NCBI GenBank assembly: GCA_945889325.1
Contig: CAMDBH010000002.1
Span: forward strand, 39,242 to 103,241
DNA length: 64,000 nucleotides
DNA from: Klebsiella pneumoniae
GTDB lineage: Bacteria > Myxococcota_A > UBA9042
Direction of reading: 5' to 3'
Made by a program: the position numbers and the translations under genes. Shown piece by piece: positions 56,249 to 64,000 of the stretch; the stretch's first letter is position 1; the number at the start of each line of letters is the position of its first letter. The notes beneath the pieces were generated by a model, which was not told the origin of the DNA, searched no databases, and saw only the letters and a program-made list of their open reading frames with translations.

Positions 56249-57952
56249 TCAAAATCCAAAGCGAACTGCGCCTTCGACCCGCCACGCATTGTCGGCCGCC
56301 AGGCCTTGGGGCGTGGCCAGCGCGCCGCCCGGAAACAAGTACGTCGCTCGCAGCAATGCGCCGGTGCCGCTGGGCTGGCGGTATTCTAAGCTCAATTCGG
56401 GCTCGAAGCCGAGCAAGTTGCCCTTGCCCGGTGTGGCTTCCGAAGACGCCGCTACTGCCGCTAACAAGCCGAGTTCGAGCGCCAAGCTATCGCCGTGGCC
56501 CTTGTCCAGCAGTTCATAGCGATACGCGGGCTTCAAATACCAGGCATTGGCCACGGCACCAATAAGGTCGCGAAATAACAGACCATCCACGCGGTAATTG
56601 CGGTGGAAGTGAAAGCCCGAGGAAAACGTTTTGGGCGAGGCGCTGAGTTCTGCCCCGTTGCGCAGATTGTCGGTGTCCAACACGCCAAAACCGCCGCTGC
56701 GATCGCCGCTTGCAAAGCCCGCGTCGACCAAAACGTCGCCCAATCCCCGTTGCCATTTTGCCTTGAAAGCGGCACCGGCAGACAGCAAAAGTAGCGGCGA
56801 TTCTGTGCCCGATCGCGGGTCGGTTCGGCCAAAACTGCCGTAAATACCGGCCGATTCTCCCTGCAATCGCAGGGGCGATCCGCCGAGGGTTCCGTTCCAA
56901 TCCAACGCCAGTTGCGCGATGATCAAGCGGCCATTGCGTGGAACTAGCTGATCGCATGACGCATTGGCGATGCAGTCTTCATGGTCCGCCCGACTCGCCA
57001 CATCCTGTGTCTGGTATTGCGCGGCGGCTGACCATTTCAGGCCGGGTTCGCCGTTCAATTTACCGCCTGTGATTTCAGCCACCCAGCGTGTGACATCGGC
57101 CGCGTCCTCCAAGCCATAGGCAATCGAACCAGTGCCGGTTTGGACGATCCGAGATTCAGCTTTATGATCAAAAGCATTCGGCAGTGTGCTGGCAAATGGC
57201 AACGTGCCAAGTGAATCGCGCGCCAACATCAGGCGCAGGCCGAACAAGTCGCCGCGCAGCGACACGCGGTCGACGTCGGACTGAAAATCGCCCAGCAAGT
57301 CGCCGCCTGCGTTGCGCAACATCCCCAAGCCGAAGTGATCGCCTGTGCGGCCGATTTCCAGTTCCGCCAGCCCAAACAAGCGCGCGTGCACCCAAAGTCG
57401 GCGAACGGCGGCCGCATTGCGCACGTCGCCTTGGCTGGGCATGCCGCTCAGGTTTTCAACAGCGCGCGCTTCTCTGTCCGCGATCGTCGGGTTGTTGTCG
57501 CCGCCAAGCACAGTTGCGCCTGCCAAGTCGATTTGGCTATTGATGTCAAACCATTCACCGATATGCAGCGTCGGATCGATGCGCAAGCGCAGGTCGGCTG
57601 TGGCCATTTTGCCGCCGCTGGCACCTGGCAGCACGCTGTCGCTGCCGTGGCGCAGGTCCAAACGCGGCGGCAATTGCTGAACATCTTTGACCAAACGGAT
57701 GCCGCTCAGCATTTCAGTACGCGAGCGAAAGTGGCCGTGCAGGTCCAGAGATACCAGCGGCGAAATGCTGGGCAGGGAGGCCGGCAGCAGGATTTCGGCT
57801 GGACTTGCTGTGTTGGTTGGCGCGGTTGCAAGGGGTGACGGGGCGGCCTCGCCAGCCAGCGCGACGCGCGCGCACAGCGCAGTCGCGACCGCGAGCACGA
57901 CGCGTACCTGTGCGCTGGGGCGGGTGGAAAAAGCCGAGAAGAACAGGGGCAT
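56249..57952 (-). CDS. outer-membrane beta-barrel protein of unknown function
   Basis: Signal peptide (…VLAVATALCARVALAGE). C-terminal …GAVRFGF. Gly/aromatic-rich alternating pattern. Confidence 0.5.
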   Translation of the reverse strand: MPLFFSAFSTRPSAQVRVVLAVATALCARVALAGEAAPSPLATAPTNTASPAEILLPASLPSISPLVSLDLHGHFRSRTEMLSGIRLVKDVQQLPPRLDLRHGSDSVLPGASGGKMATADLRLRIDPTLHIGEWFDINSQIDLAGATVLGGDNNPTIADREARAVENLSGMPSQGDVRNAAAVRRLWVHARLFGLAELEIGRTGDHFGLGMLRNAGGDLLGDFQSDVDRVSLRGDLFGLRLMLARDSLGTLPFASTLPNAFDHKAESRIVQTGTGSIAYGLEDAADVTRWVAEITGGKLNGEPGLKWSAAAQYQTQDVASRADHEDCIANASCDQLVPRNGRLIIAQLALDWNGTLGGSPLRLQGESAGIYGSFGRTDPRSGTESPLLLLSAGAAFKAKWQRGLGDVLVDAGFASGDRSGGFGVLDTDNLRNGAELSASPKTFSSGFHFHRNYRVDGLLFRDLIGAVANAWYLKPAYRYELLDKGHGDSLALELGLLAAVAASSEATPGKGNLLGFEPELSLEYRQPSGTGALLRATYLFPGGALATPQGLAADNAWRVEGAVRFGF

Positions 57953-58103
57953 TCGGGAAGGACTCCGGCGGCGCCGTGCTGCAAAAGCAGGAGAAAAATA
58001 GGACTTTTTCGCTTTGTCGGCGTCCAGCGCTGCACACGTGGCGGCGGAGTTTACGGCCCAAGCGCCGATCGTTCAAGCCGATTTGGCAACAAATCGGCCA
58101 GCG

Positions 58104-58147
58104 GCGCTCAGAGGCTGTGAAATATTCATTTCACAGCGTCTGAGCGG
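58104..58147. promoter_or_regulatory. 44-bp near-perfect palindrome: 20-nt arms with 2 mismatches and a 4-nt spacer. Candidate operator or RNA hairpin upstream of the OM beta-barrel gene.
   Basis: gcgctcagaGGCTGTGAAAT attc ATTTCACAGCgtctgagcgg. Core 10-bp arms are perfect. Confidence 0.5.
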
Positions 58148-58302
58148 GGTCAGGTATTAGCAGTTTCTGCATGGACGCTTCGTAAGATAATAATATTACT
58201 GGAACCAGAAATTTGAATCCGAGCCCACTTTGGGTCGATTGGCAGAAATTGCCAATACCAGACCCCAATCGAGAGCGTGAAAAAAGGATTTTTCACACGC
58301 GC

Positions 58303-60567
58303 TCAGCGCGGCCGCAGGATCTCTTGCGGTCGTTGGTAAACGCTCAGGATCGGTACACCGTCGATCGCCGATTGATCAACCGGCACCGTGGATTGATAGC
58401 TTTGCCACAACTCGAGTTCATAATCGTCGTGATCTTTTTGATGGTGGTACGTTCCGAGCGCTGAATGTTCGCTCGCTTCTGTCGTGTAGCGCAGGTCGCG
58501 GCGCAGCCAGCCTTCGCGCAGGTACATCGCGTAGGCGCCCCAAGCCGATTTGTGAAACCATATCGTGCTGTTAGGCGGTGCGCGTTTGTTGATTTCGGCC
58601 AAACCTTCGCGCGTGGATCCACCCCAAAATTGCCGCTGCATTTGCGCTTGCGCCGCACCGCGCACGCCGCCAATCAATTCATTGTAGTACGCGCTGCCGT
58701 CGGGGTGGACGTCCGCCGTCGCTTGCGCCGCCGGAAGCAGCACGATCAAGATCAACAGCAGCGAGGCAAAAGCGGGAACCAGGGTTTGCCGCCACCACGC
58801 CGGGCGGTTGTTCGGCAAAAGTGGCACCCAATGGCCGCTGACCGGATCGACGGCGCTCAAATCGGGAGGGGCAAAAAGCGCAGCCCAAACAAAATGCAAC
58901 CCGCGCGCCGCGATGAGCAACATGAATGGATACGCGACCATCCAATGCTTGGTGCCGCCAAAAATGGGCGTGCCGGGCAAAGAGATCAACGCCATGGGCC
59001 ACACAACCGACAGCACAAGCAGGCGATCAAACGACCGCTGCTCGGCGCCCAGATCGGCCACGGCTGTGCGGGCGGCGTCTGGCGGCACAACCGCGCGCTC
59101 GCGGCGAAAATGGGCCACCGATCGCGCGGCAAACACGCACAGGCCAAGGACAAAAGGTGCCAACAGCGTAATGGGCCAAGTAAGGGCCGTCATCACCCAT
59201 GAGAACGAAGTCGGAAACGGCGGGTAGGCCAAAATCCGCCCGAAATACTGCTGCATGTAATGTTCATGGTGCAAATGGAATTCGATCCAGTGCAGCAAAT
59301 TGTCCAGCGTGTCGACCCACAACAGCGGCCAACCAACCACCAAGATGACGGCACCTACAGGCAACATAAGGAAAAAAGCGGTCGGTACCGGCGGCAGACA
59401 CAAGCTGAAAACCTGAGCCATGACCAGCACACCAACGGCCAGCGCGGCGAGCGGATGCACAAGCCACCCCAAGATCGCCGCCAAAAGCACAAGCAGAACA
59501 AGCCTTTTTAGCTGCTGGCGCTCGATTTTGGCCATCGCCAATTGGATTCTACCCTCAGCGGCCGCGTCCCAGAGCCAGTGCAGTAGCAAAGGCACCGGCA
59601 AGAATAGGGCGTTGTGCTTGGCCAACAGGGAAATACCCCACAATATCGCTGTAGGCCACAGCCAAGCCCGCGAACGCAGGGCGCGATGCCACATCAGCGT
59701 AGTCACAAACAGCAGCGCCGTGATCGTTGTGTCAAAGGCGCACAAATGTGCGTGCCAAAACGGTTGAGGAATGCACAGATAGCCCACACCAGCGGCGACC
59801 GCGAATGGGCGAGCGACTTGGCCGTAACCCGTTGACGTTTCGCGGCTCGCGAACAACAAGCGCGCCGCCAAATACAAAAATGCGACGAGCAAGCTGGCAA
59901 AAACCGCATTTGGAAAGCGCAACGCCGCGGATTCAGACAGGACGTAACTCAAGCGCGTTTCGACAAATTCGCAACCGGTGCGCAAATACAGTTCGCCGTC
60001 CAAGGTGCCGGGGGCCTGGCAACGTGCGGTAAGTTTGGCTAAATCGGTGCCGCCCTCCAATCGGATGCTCGCGCGGCCGGAAGTACGCTCGACGACTTCA
60101 CCCTGCGCGAGGCGGCGGTTTTTGGGGTCCGGCGACAGATCGCCGAGCTGCGGTTTGAGCAGCGCGACTTTGGCACCGACCGCAAAACCATGTGTCGGCG
60201 CCAGCTGTTGCACGTCGGCGAATACTTCCTGATCGTCCAAGTGGAAATTGGCCGCCGGGCGCAGTTTGCGGCCCAGCGTGCGCCAAGACAGCCCAAAAAG
60301 GATTTTGTCCAGAGGTGGATGTTCGGCATTCTGATGCCAAGTGCCCAGAATTTCAGCGCGTTGCAGGGCGAGCTTGCGCTCGGATTTGCCGGCAGTTAGG
60401 CGATAAAACCACTCCGAATACGTTTCGGCGTGGCCGAAATAGAAGGCTTCATCGCGCACAAAGCCCATGTCGTTGGTCGCGACCAAAACGCTGAGCGACG
60501 CGACAAAAAGGGCCGCGGCGACGAGATAATCTGTGAAATTGTTGCGCTCGACATGCGCCATCCGCAT
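58303..60567 (-). CDS. GT-C glycosyltransferase of the protein O-mannosyltransferase (PMT/GT39) family, 754 aa, polytopic
   Basis: Loop-1 acidic motif FVRDEAFYF; downstream AEHPPLDKILFGL (compare PMT DVHPPLAKML). At least 10 predicted TM helices and a C-terminal soluble domain. Confidence 0.65.
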   Translation of the reverse strand: MRMAHVERNNFTDYLVAAALFVASLSVLVATNDMGFVRDEAFYFGHAETYSEWFYRLTAGKSERKLALQRAEILGTWHQNAEHPPLDKILFGLSWRTLGRKLRPAANFHLDDQEVFADVQQLAPTHGFAVGAKVALLKPQLGDLSPDPKNRRLAQGEVVERTSGRASIRLEGGTDLAKLTARCQAPGTLDGELYLRTGCEFVETRLSYVLSESAALRFPNAVFASLLVAFLYLAARLLFASRETSTGYGQVARPFAVAAGVGYLCIPQPFWHAHLCAFDTTITALLFVTTLMWHRALRSRAWLWPTAILWGISLLAKHNALFLPVPLLLHWLWDAAAEGRIQLAMAKIERQQLKRLVLLVLLAAILGWLVHPLAALAVGVLVMAQVFSLCLPPVPTAFFLMLPVGAVILVVGWPLLWVDTLDNLLHWIEFHLHHEHYMQQYFGRILAYPPFPTSFSWVMTALTWPITLLAPFVLGLCVFAARSVAHFRRERAVVPPDAARTAVADLGAEQRSFDRLLVLSVVWPMALISLPGTPIFGGTKHWMVAYPFMLLIAARGLHFVWAALFAPPDLSAVDPVSGHWVPLLPNNRPAWWRQTLVPAFASLLLILIVLLPAAQATADVHPDGSAYYNELIGGVRGAAQAQMQRQFWGGSTREGLAEINKRAPPNSTIWFHKSAWGAYAMYLREGWLRRDLRYTTEASEHSALGTYHHQKDHDDYELELWQSYQSTVPVDQSAIDGVPILSVYQRPQEILRPR

Positions 60568-60589
60568 TTGCTCCAGAAGATGAGATCAA

Positions 60590-62017
60590 TCAAGGTTCTT
60601 CGGCGTCGGGCTCGTCGTCTTCACCCGGTTTGGGCGCAATGAGGCTGTATTTTCTGGCCAAGCGCCTAAAATGCTTGCGATCGACTTCCGCCTCGCGCGC
60701 CGCTTGACTCAAGTTACCGGAATGTCGGGTCAAAAGTGCTGCTAGGTATTCTTTCTCAAACGCACCAAGCCAAGTCTCCTTGGCCACTTTGAACGTCGAG
60801 TCCGACATCAGCGGCGCAGCGGTGTTGCCGCGCACCGGTTCGGTGGGGTGAAATTCGGCCTTGCGCGCGCGTGCCGGCCCATAACCTGCGATGTGATCTG
60901 GCAAATCTTCCAGCTGAATCAAATCACCTTCGGCAAACGAGCAGGCCCTCTCGATGACGTTGCCCAGTTCTCGCACATTGCCCGGCCAATCGTAGGCCAT
61001 GAGCGCATTGTTGGTATCGGACGCTATGCCTTTGACACGTTGGGCATTTTCACTGGCAGCACCGATGCGGTTGAAAGGCGCCGTTTTGAGCATGTGATGC
61101 ACAAGTAGCTGAATATCCTGCTTGCGTTCGCGCAGCGGCGGCAACTTGAGGCGCACAACGCCCAGACGGTAAAACAGATCTTCGCGAAATCGCCCTGCTT
61201 TGACTTCCGCCACCAGATCGCGGTTGGTCGCGGCGATCACGCGCACGTCGATCTTGATCGGCCGGTTGCCGCCGACGCGGCGCACCTCACGTTGTTCAAG
61301 CGCGCGCAACAGCTTGGGCTGCAAATCCAAAGCCAATTCGCCGATTTCATCCAAAAATATGGTGCCGCCCTGGGCCATTTCAAACAGGCCCTGACGCGAG
61401 GCCAGCGCGCCGGTGAAACTGCCCTTTTCATGGCCAAATAGCTCAGATTCGATCAGATTTTGTTGGACGGCGCCGCAGTCGAACACGATAAATGTCTGGT
61501 TTGCCCGCTGCGAGCACTGGTGAATCGTGCGCGCCACGACCTCCTTGCCAGTGCCGGTTTCACCTTCAAGAACAACAGTCGCCCCCGTCGGCGCGATTTT
61601 TTCAATCACGGCCATCATGCGCCGCATCGATTCCGATCGCCCGACGATGCCGCGCAAGCTTTCACTGGAACTGGGTTGAATATCTACTTTTTCGCTGACA
61701 ACGGAGAAGCGAAACTGGGTATTGCCCAAGCGAATCGGCGTGCCGCTTTTAAGCCACGCATCGCGTACCCGCACGCCTTTGACCCAAGTGCCCGTGGCCG
61801 ACTTGAGATCTTCAATGTGAAAGTCGTCACCTTCCATAAAAATTCTGGCGTGATAGCGACTGACACGGTCGTCGTCGACCACCAGATCGTTGTCTTCCAT
61901 CGCGCCCAAAGTAACGCTGGGCGTATCAAAAATGTACTCAGCGACCGTGCCATCGGCATCTGTGCGGATCAGACGGCTGCGGCGAATGGTGACGGAAGTA
62001 GTAAAGGTTTCCGACAC
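60590..62017 (-). CDS. sigma54-dependent transcriptional activator with N-terminal FHA domain
   Basis: FHA ([33 protein letters not shown]); AAA+ EBP core ([18 protein letters not shown]…GAFTGA…[15 protein letters not shown]); C-terminal HTH. Confidence 0.85.
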   Translation of the reverse strand: MSETFTTSVTIRRSRLIRTDADGTVAEYIFDTPSVTLGAMEDNDLVVDDDRVSRYHARIFMEGDDFHIEDLKSATGTWVKGVRVRDAWLKSGTPIRLGNTQFRFSVVSEKVDIQPSSSESLRGIVGRSESMRRMMAVIEKIAPTGATVVLEGETGTGKEVVARTIHQCSQRANQTFIVFDCGAVQQNLIESELFGHEKGSFTGALASRQGLFEMAQGGTIFLDEIGELALDLQPKLLRALEQREVRRVGGNRPIKIDVRVIAATNRDLVAEVKAGRFREDLFYRLGVVRLKLPPLRERKQDIQLLVHHMLKTAPFNRIGAASENAQRVKGIASDTNNALMAYDWPGNVRELGNVIERACSFAEGDLIQLEDLPDHIAGYGPARARKAEFHPTEPVRGNTAAPLMSDSTFKVAKETWLGAFEKEYLAALLTRHSGNLSQAAREAEVDRKHFRRLARKYSLIAPKPGEDDEPDAEEP

Positions 62018-62057
62018 TTAACCTCTTGAACTCACTGTAGGCGCTCGCGTTGCTCGA

Positions 62058-62097
62058 CACCATCTGGCGTTACTTTTAAGCATCTGGCGTTACTTTT
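62058..62097. repeat. perfect 20-bp tandem direct repeat (catctggcgttacttttaag x2) in the 96-bp dksA / sigma54-activator intergenic region
   Basis: Exact duplication visible at 62058-62077 and 62078-62097. Confidence 0.7.
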
Positions 62098-62113
62098 AAG
62101 CCGGGCTTTGGCC

Positions 62114-62536
62114 CTACATTTCGAACGAAGTCATGCGCTGGCGACGTTTTTCGTACATTTTTTCAACGTGTTCCTGCTTTTCTTTGCAGTCGATGCACAA
62201 ATTGGCTTCAGGTCTGGCGACCAATCGCGCAGAACCGATGTAATTTTCGCACTCTTCGCACAAATTGTAGTCACCGCTTTCAATGCGCCGCAGGGCCTTG
62301 TCGATTTTCTTGAGCAATGTCGCGTCGCGGTCGCGCAGCCGAAATTCAAACGCCTGATCGTAGCCGACAGACGACAAATCCATTTCATCGGCCACGCGCA
62401 ATTCATCGGGATCTTGGTTGTGTTCGGCGCTGCGCACCGCCTGCAGGATGCGCTCGCGCTTCTCAACCAGCGACAAACGTTGCAGTTCAATCTCTGGTTC
62501 TGTCAGCGGTACCAATTCTAATGTTGATTCTGGCAT
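62114..62536 (-). CDS. dksA: DksA/TraR-family C4 zinc-finger transcription factor
   Basis: Coiled-coil N-terminus. CxxC-N17-CxxC (CEECENYIGSARLVARPEANLCIDC). Confidence 0.8.
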   Translation of the reverse strand: MPESTLELVPLTEPEIELQRLSLVEKRERILQAVRSAEHNQDPDELRVADEMDLSSVGYDQAFEFRLRDRDATLLKKIDKALRRIESGDYNLCEECENYIGSARLVARPEANLCIDCKEKQEHVEKMYEKRRQRMTSFEM

Positions 62537-62636
62537 GACGGCCTCCTACGCACACTTTGAATGTTGAAGCACTTTTGCGGTCAACTATATGATATTGCAA
62601 ACTGTTCCCGCACAGCCCGCGGCAAACCCGTGGGGC

Positions 62637-62660
62637 AGAAAAATAGCAGCGCCCCCTGCT
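62637..62660 (-). terminator. rho-independent terminator (minus strand) after the CPBP protease gene
   Basis: Minus-strand reading: AGCAG-ggggcg-CTGCT followed by ATTTTTCT. Confidence 0.45.
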
Positions 62661-62774
62661 TTATTCCGCGCCGGGTGCCGTTTGCGATTCAAATTGATGC
62701 GGCACCGGTGTTGGCGATTGTAGGGCCGCGGACCGCTTAGGGTCAATAGCAAGTTGCAGCCGAAATCTCGGGCA

Positions 62775-63671
62775 CTACAACCCGTGCGGCGTAGATTTAT
62801 GCCATACCGCGGCCAAATCCATGGCCCAAGCCACCGCAACGTGAATGGTTACGCCACCCCAGATGCTGCGGGTATCCATGGCCAGCGTGCCCAAAACCAT
62901 GCCGGCAACAATGGAGCCGAGGCATTCCGGCAGCGGTTTGCCAAAATGAATCATGCAGTACGGGATCATCATGACCAAAGTCGCCATCGAGCCGAATTCA
63001 CCCGCCATGCCGCGCAGCATGAAACCGCGAAAAAAGAATTCGAGCGAAAAGAATTGCAAGCCATAACCCAGCTCCCAGATGAGCAAATCCGGCCAACCTT
63101 GGTGCGGATCGTAAAATGGATACTGGCGCAAAAACTCGGGCGTGTTGGCGACCAACAGCACCAGCAGGCCGACAGGCAGGAAAAGCAAAGCATAAACAGG
63201 CAGATGACTTAGGTACTCGCGCGGCGCTAGATAGGCATCGCGCAAACGCTCGCCAAAAACGGTGCGCATCACCAGGGCGGGGACGGCAAAATAACAGGCA
63301 AAACAGCCCAGCGACCACGACAAATTGACCAACAAACGCTGGTAGCGCGTCAGAATTTCCGCCAGATGGCTGGAAAACATCGCCGCGACATCTATGAAAG
63401 TACGCGCAACACCGTTTTGAACCTCATGATCCATCACGATAAAACGCAGCATGACCAGCATGAGCGCAGCCGTGAGCGAAGTGACAATCGCGGCTTGGCG
63501 CGCGGGCATCCGCCCCACCGGCTGCCCGCGATCGCGCGCGTCGACGCGCTGCCACGCCTGCACAAAAAACGTTTGCAGCAGCCAGTGCAGCCACTGCCCG
63601 GGCGATCGCCGCGGCGGTGTTGGCTCAGGCGGGTCCAGCGGCAGTTCATCGGGCGTGGAAAAATCGGTCAT
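62775..63671 (-). CDS. CPBP-family intramembrane metalloprotease (CAAX protease / Abi-like)
   Basis: Motif 1 LEFFFRGFM (EExxxR); multiple TM helices; downstream His motif (VTIHVAVAW). Confidence 0.6.
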   Translation of the reverse strand: MTDFSTPDELPLDPPEPTPPRRSPGQWLHWLLQTFFVQAWQRVDARDRGQPVGRMPARQAAIVTSLTAALMLVMLRFIVMDHEVQNGVARTFIDVAAMFSSHLAEILTRYQRLLVNLSWSLGCFACYFAVPALVMRTVFGERLRDAYLAPREYLSHLPVYALLFLPVGLLVLLVANTPEFLRQYPFYDPHQGWPDLLIWELGYGLQFFSLEFFFRGFMLRGMAGEFGSMATLVMMIPYCMIHFGKPLPECLGSIVAGMVLGTLAMDTRSIWGGVTIHVAVAWAMDLAAVWHKSTPHGL

Positions 63672-63732
63672 CGTTTCTTTTGTGCAAGTGTCACATGTTG
63701 TGGCGCAGGCGCTTTACAAAGAATTCGCGGCG

Positions 63733-64000
63733 ATGTCCATCGCTGGGTTGTTTGGGCTGGCAACGCAGCGGCGGCAGCGCTATGATTCGCGCAGGCGGCA
63801 GGCGCCGACGTTGGCAACTACCGTGCAAATTCATAGTGATAGCGGCGCGCACCCGCTCATTGCCCCGCTCAACGCCGACCAGCGGCAGGCGGTTTTGCAA
63901 ACGGACGGGCCGATTTTGGTTCTTGCGGGCGCGGGATCGGGCAAAACTCGGGTGATCACGCACAAGATCGCGTGGCTGATCGAACAGTGCGGCGTGCCGG
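63733..64000 (+). CDS. uvrD: UvrD/Rep/PcrA-family DNA helicase, N-terminal fragment running off the window
   Basis: [38 protein letters not shown] (Walker A). Confidence 0.7.
   Translation, partial: MSIAGLFGLATQRRQRYDSRRRQAPTLATTVQIHSDSGAHPLIAPLNADQRQAVLQTDGPILVLAGAGSGKTRVITHKIAWLIEQCGVP

Noticed and set aside
58117-58134. CRP-type binding site (TGTGA…TCACA)
   Set aside because: Half-site spacing is 10 nt instead of the 6 nt of the CRP/FNR consensus; kept only as a generic palindromic operator candidate.
62058-62097. sigma54 promoter within the 20-bp tandem repeat (TGGCGT…TTAAGC)
   Set aside because: GG-to-GC spacing is 14 nt instead of 12, and the orientation is on the plus strand, pointing away from the minus-strand EBP gene.
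1-64000. tRNA/rRNA genes
   Set aside because: Scanned the longer intergenic regions (3242-3786, 13223-13526, 16271-16521, 22860-23012, 57953-58302, 62537-62774) for T-loop GTTCRANYC and cloverleaf-like signatures. None seen.

Overview
High-GC (~62-65%) bacterial chromosomal window, gene-dense on both strands. Several proteins suggest a myxobacterium-like deltaproteobacterium: MopE-type 'CDGxDNDCDG' repeat lipoproteins, a Lamin-tail-domain lipoprotein and a MYXO-CTERM-like tail. Recognisable housekeeping genes: recO, a rodZ-like HTH protein, an FtsX-family ABC permease, a short-form serA-like dehydrogenase, mpl, rpsA with a near-consensus sigma70 promoter and an intrinsic terminator, a DEAD-box RNA helicase with an expanded heptad-repeat tail, nnr, pdxJ, glmM, a patatin-like lipase, mutY, a polysaccharide deacetylase, an OmpR-type two-component pair, an FHA/sigma54 activator, dksA, a CPBP protease and the 5' end of a uvrD-like helicase. 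The accessory content is what stands out. First, an apparent operon of three paralogous giant lipoproteins (1181, 770 and 1018 aa) built from Dictyostelium-type CTDC cysteine knots alternating with MAM-like domains, followed by a HEAT-repeat protein. An OM beta-barrel, a GT39/PMT-family protein O-mannosyltransferase-like glycosyltransferase and the FHA-sigma54 activator plus DksA lie next to it; this is my best candidate for an undescribed surface-protein glycosylation/regulation system. Second, two further giant MopE-repeat lipoproteins (one with TSP3 and Kelch-like modules, start-stop overlapped with nnr). Third, an 816-aa AAA+ ATPase with a ~560-aa uncharacterised N-terminal domain and an SD-coupled 89-aa partner. 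Fourth, tandem MBL-fold hydrolase paralogs. Fifth, a low-GC 5' segment carrying a metzincin-type protease next to a Cys-rich lipoprotein. Sixth, several unusual intergenic repeat and palindrome elements. No rRNA, tRNA or CRISPR found. Long antisense ORFs are GC-frame shadows.
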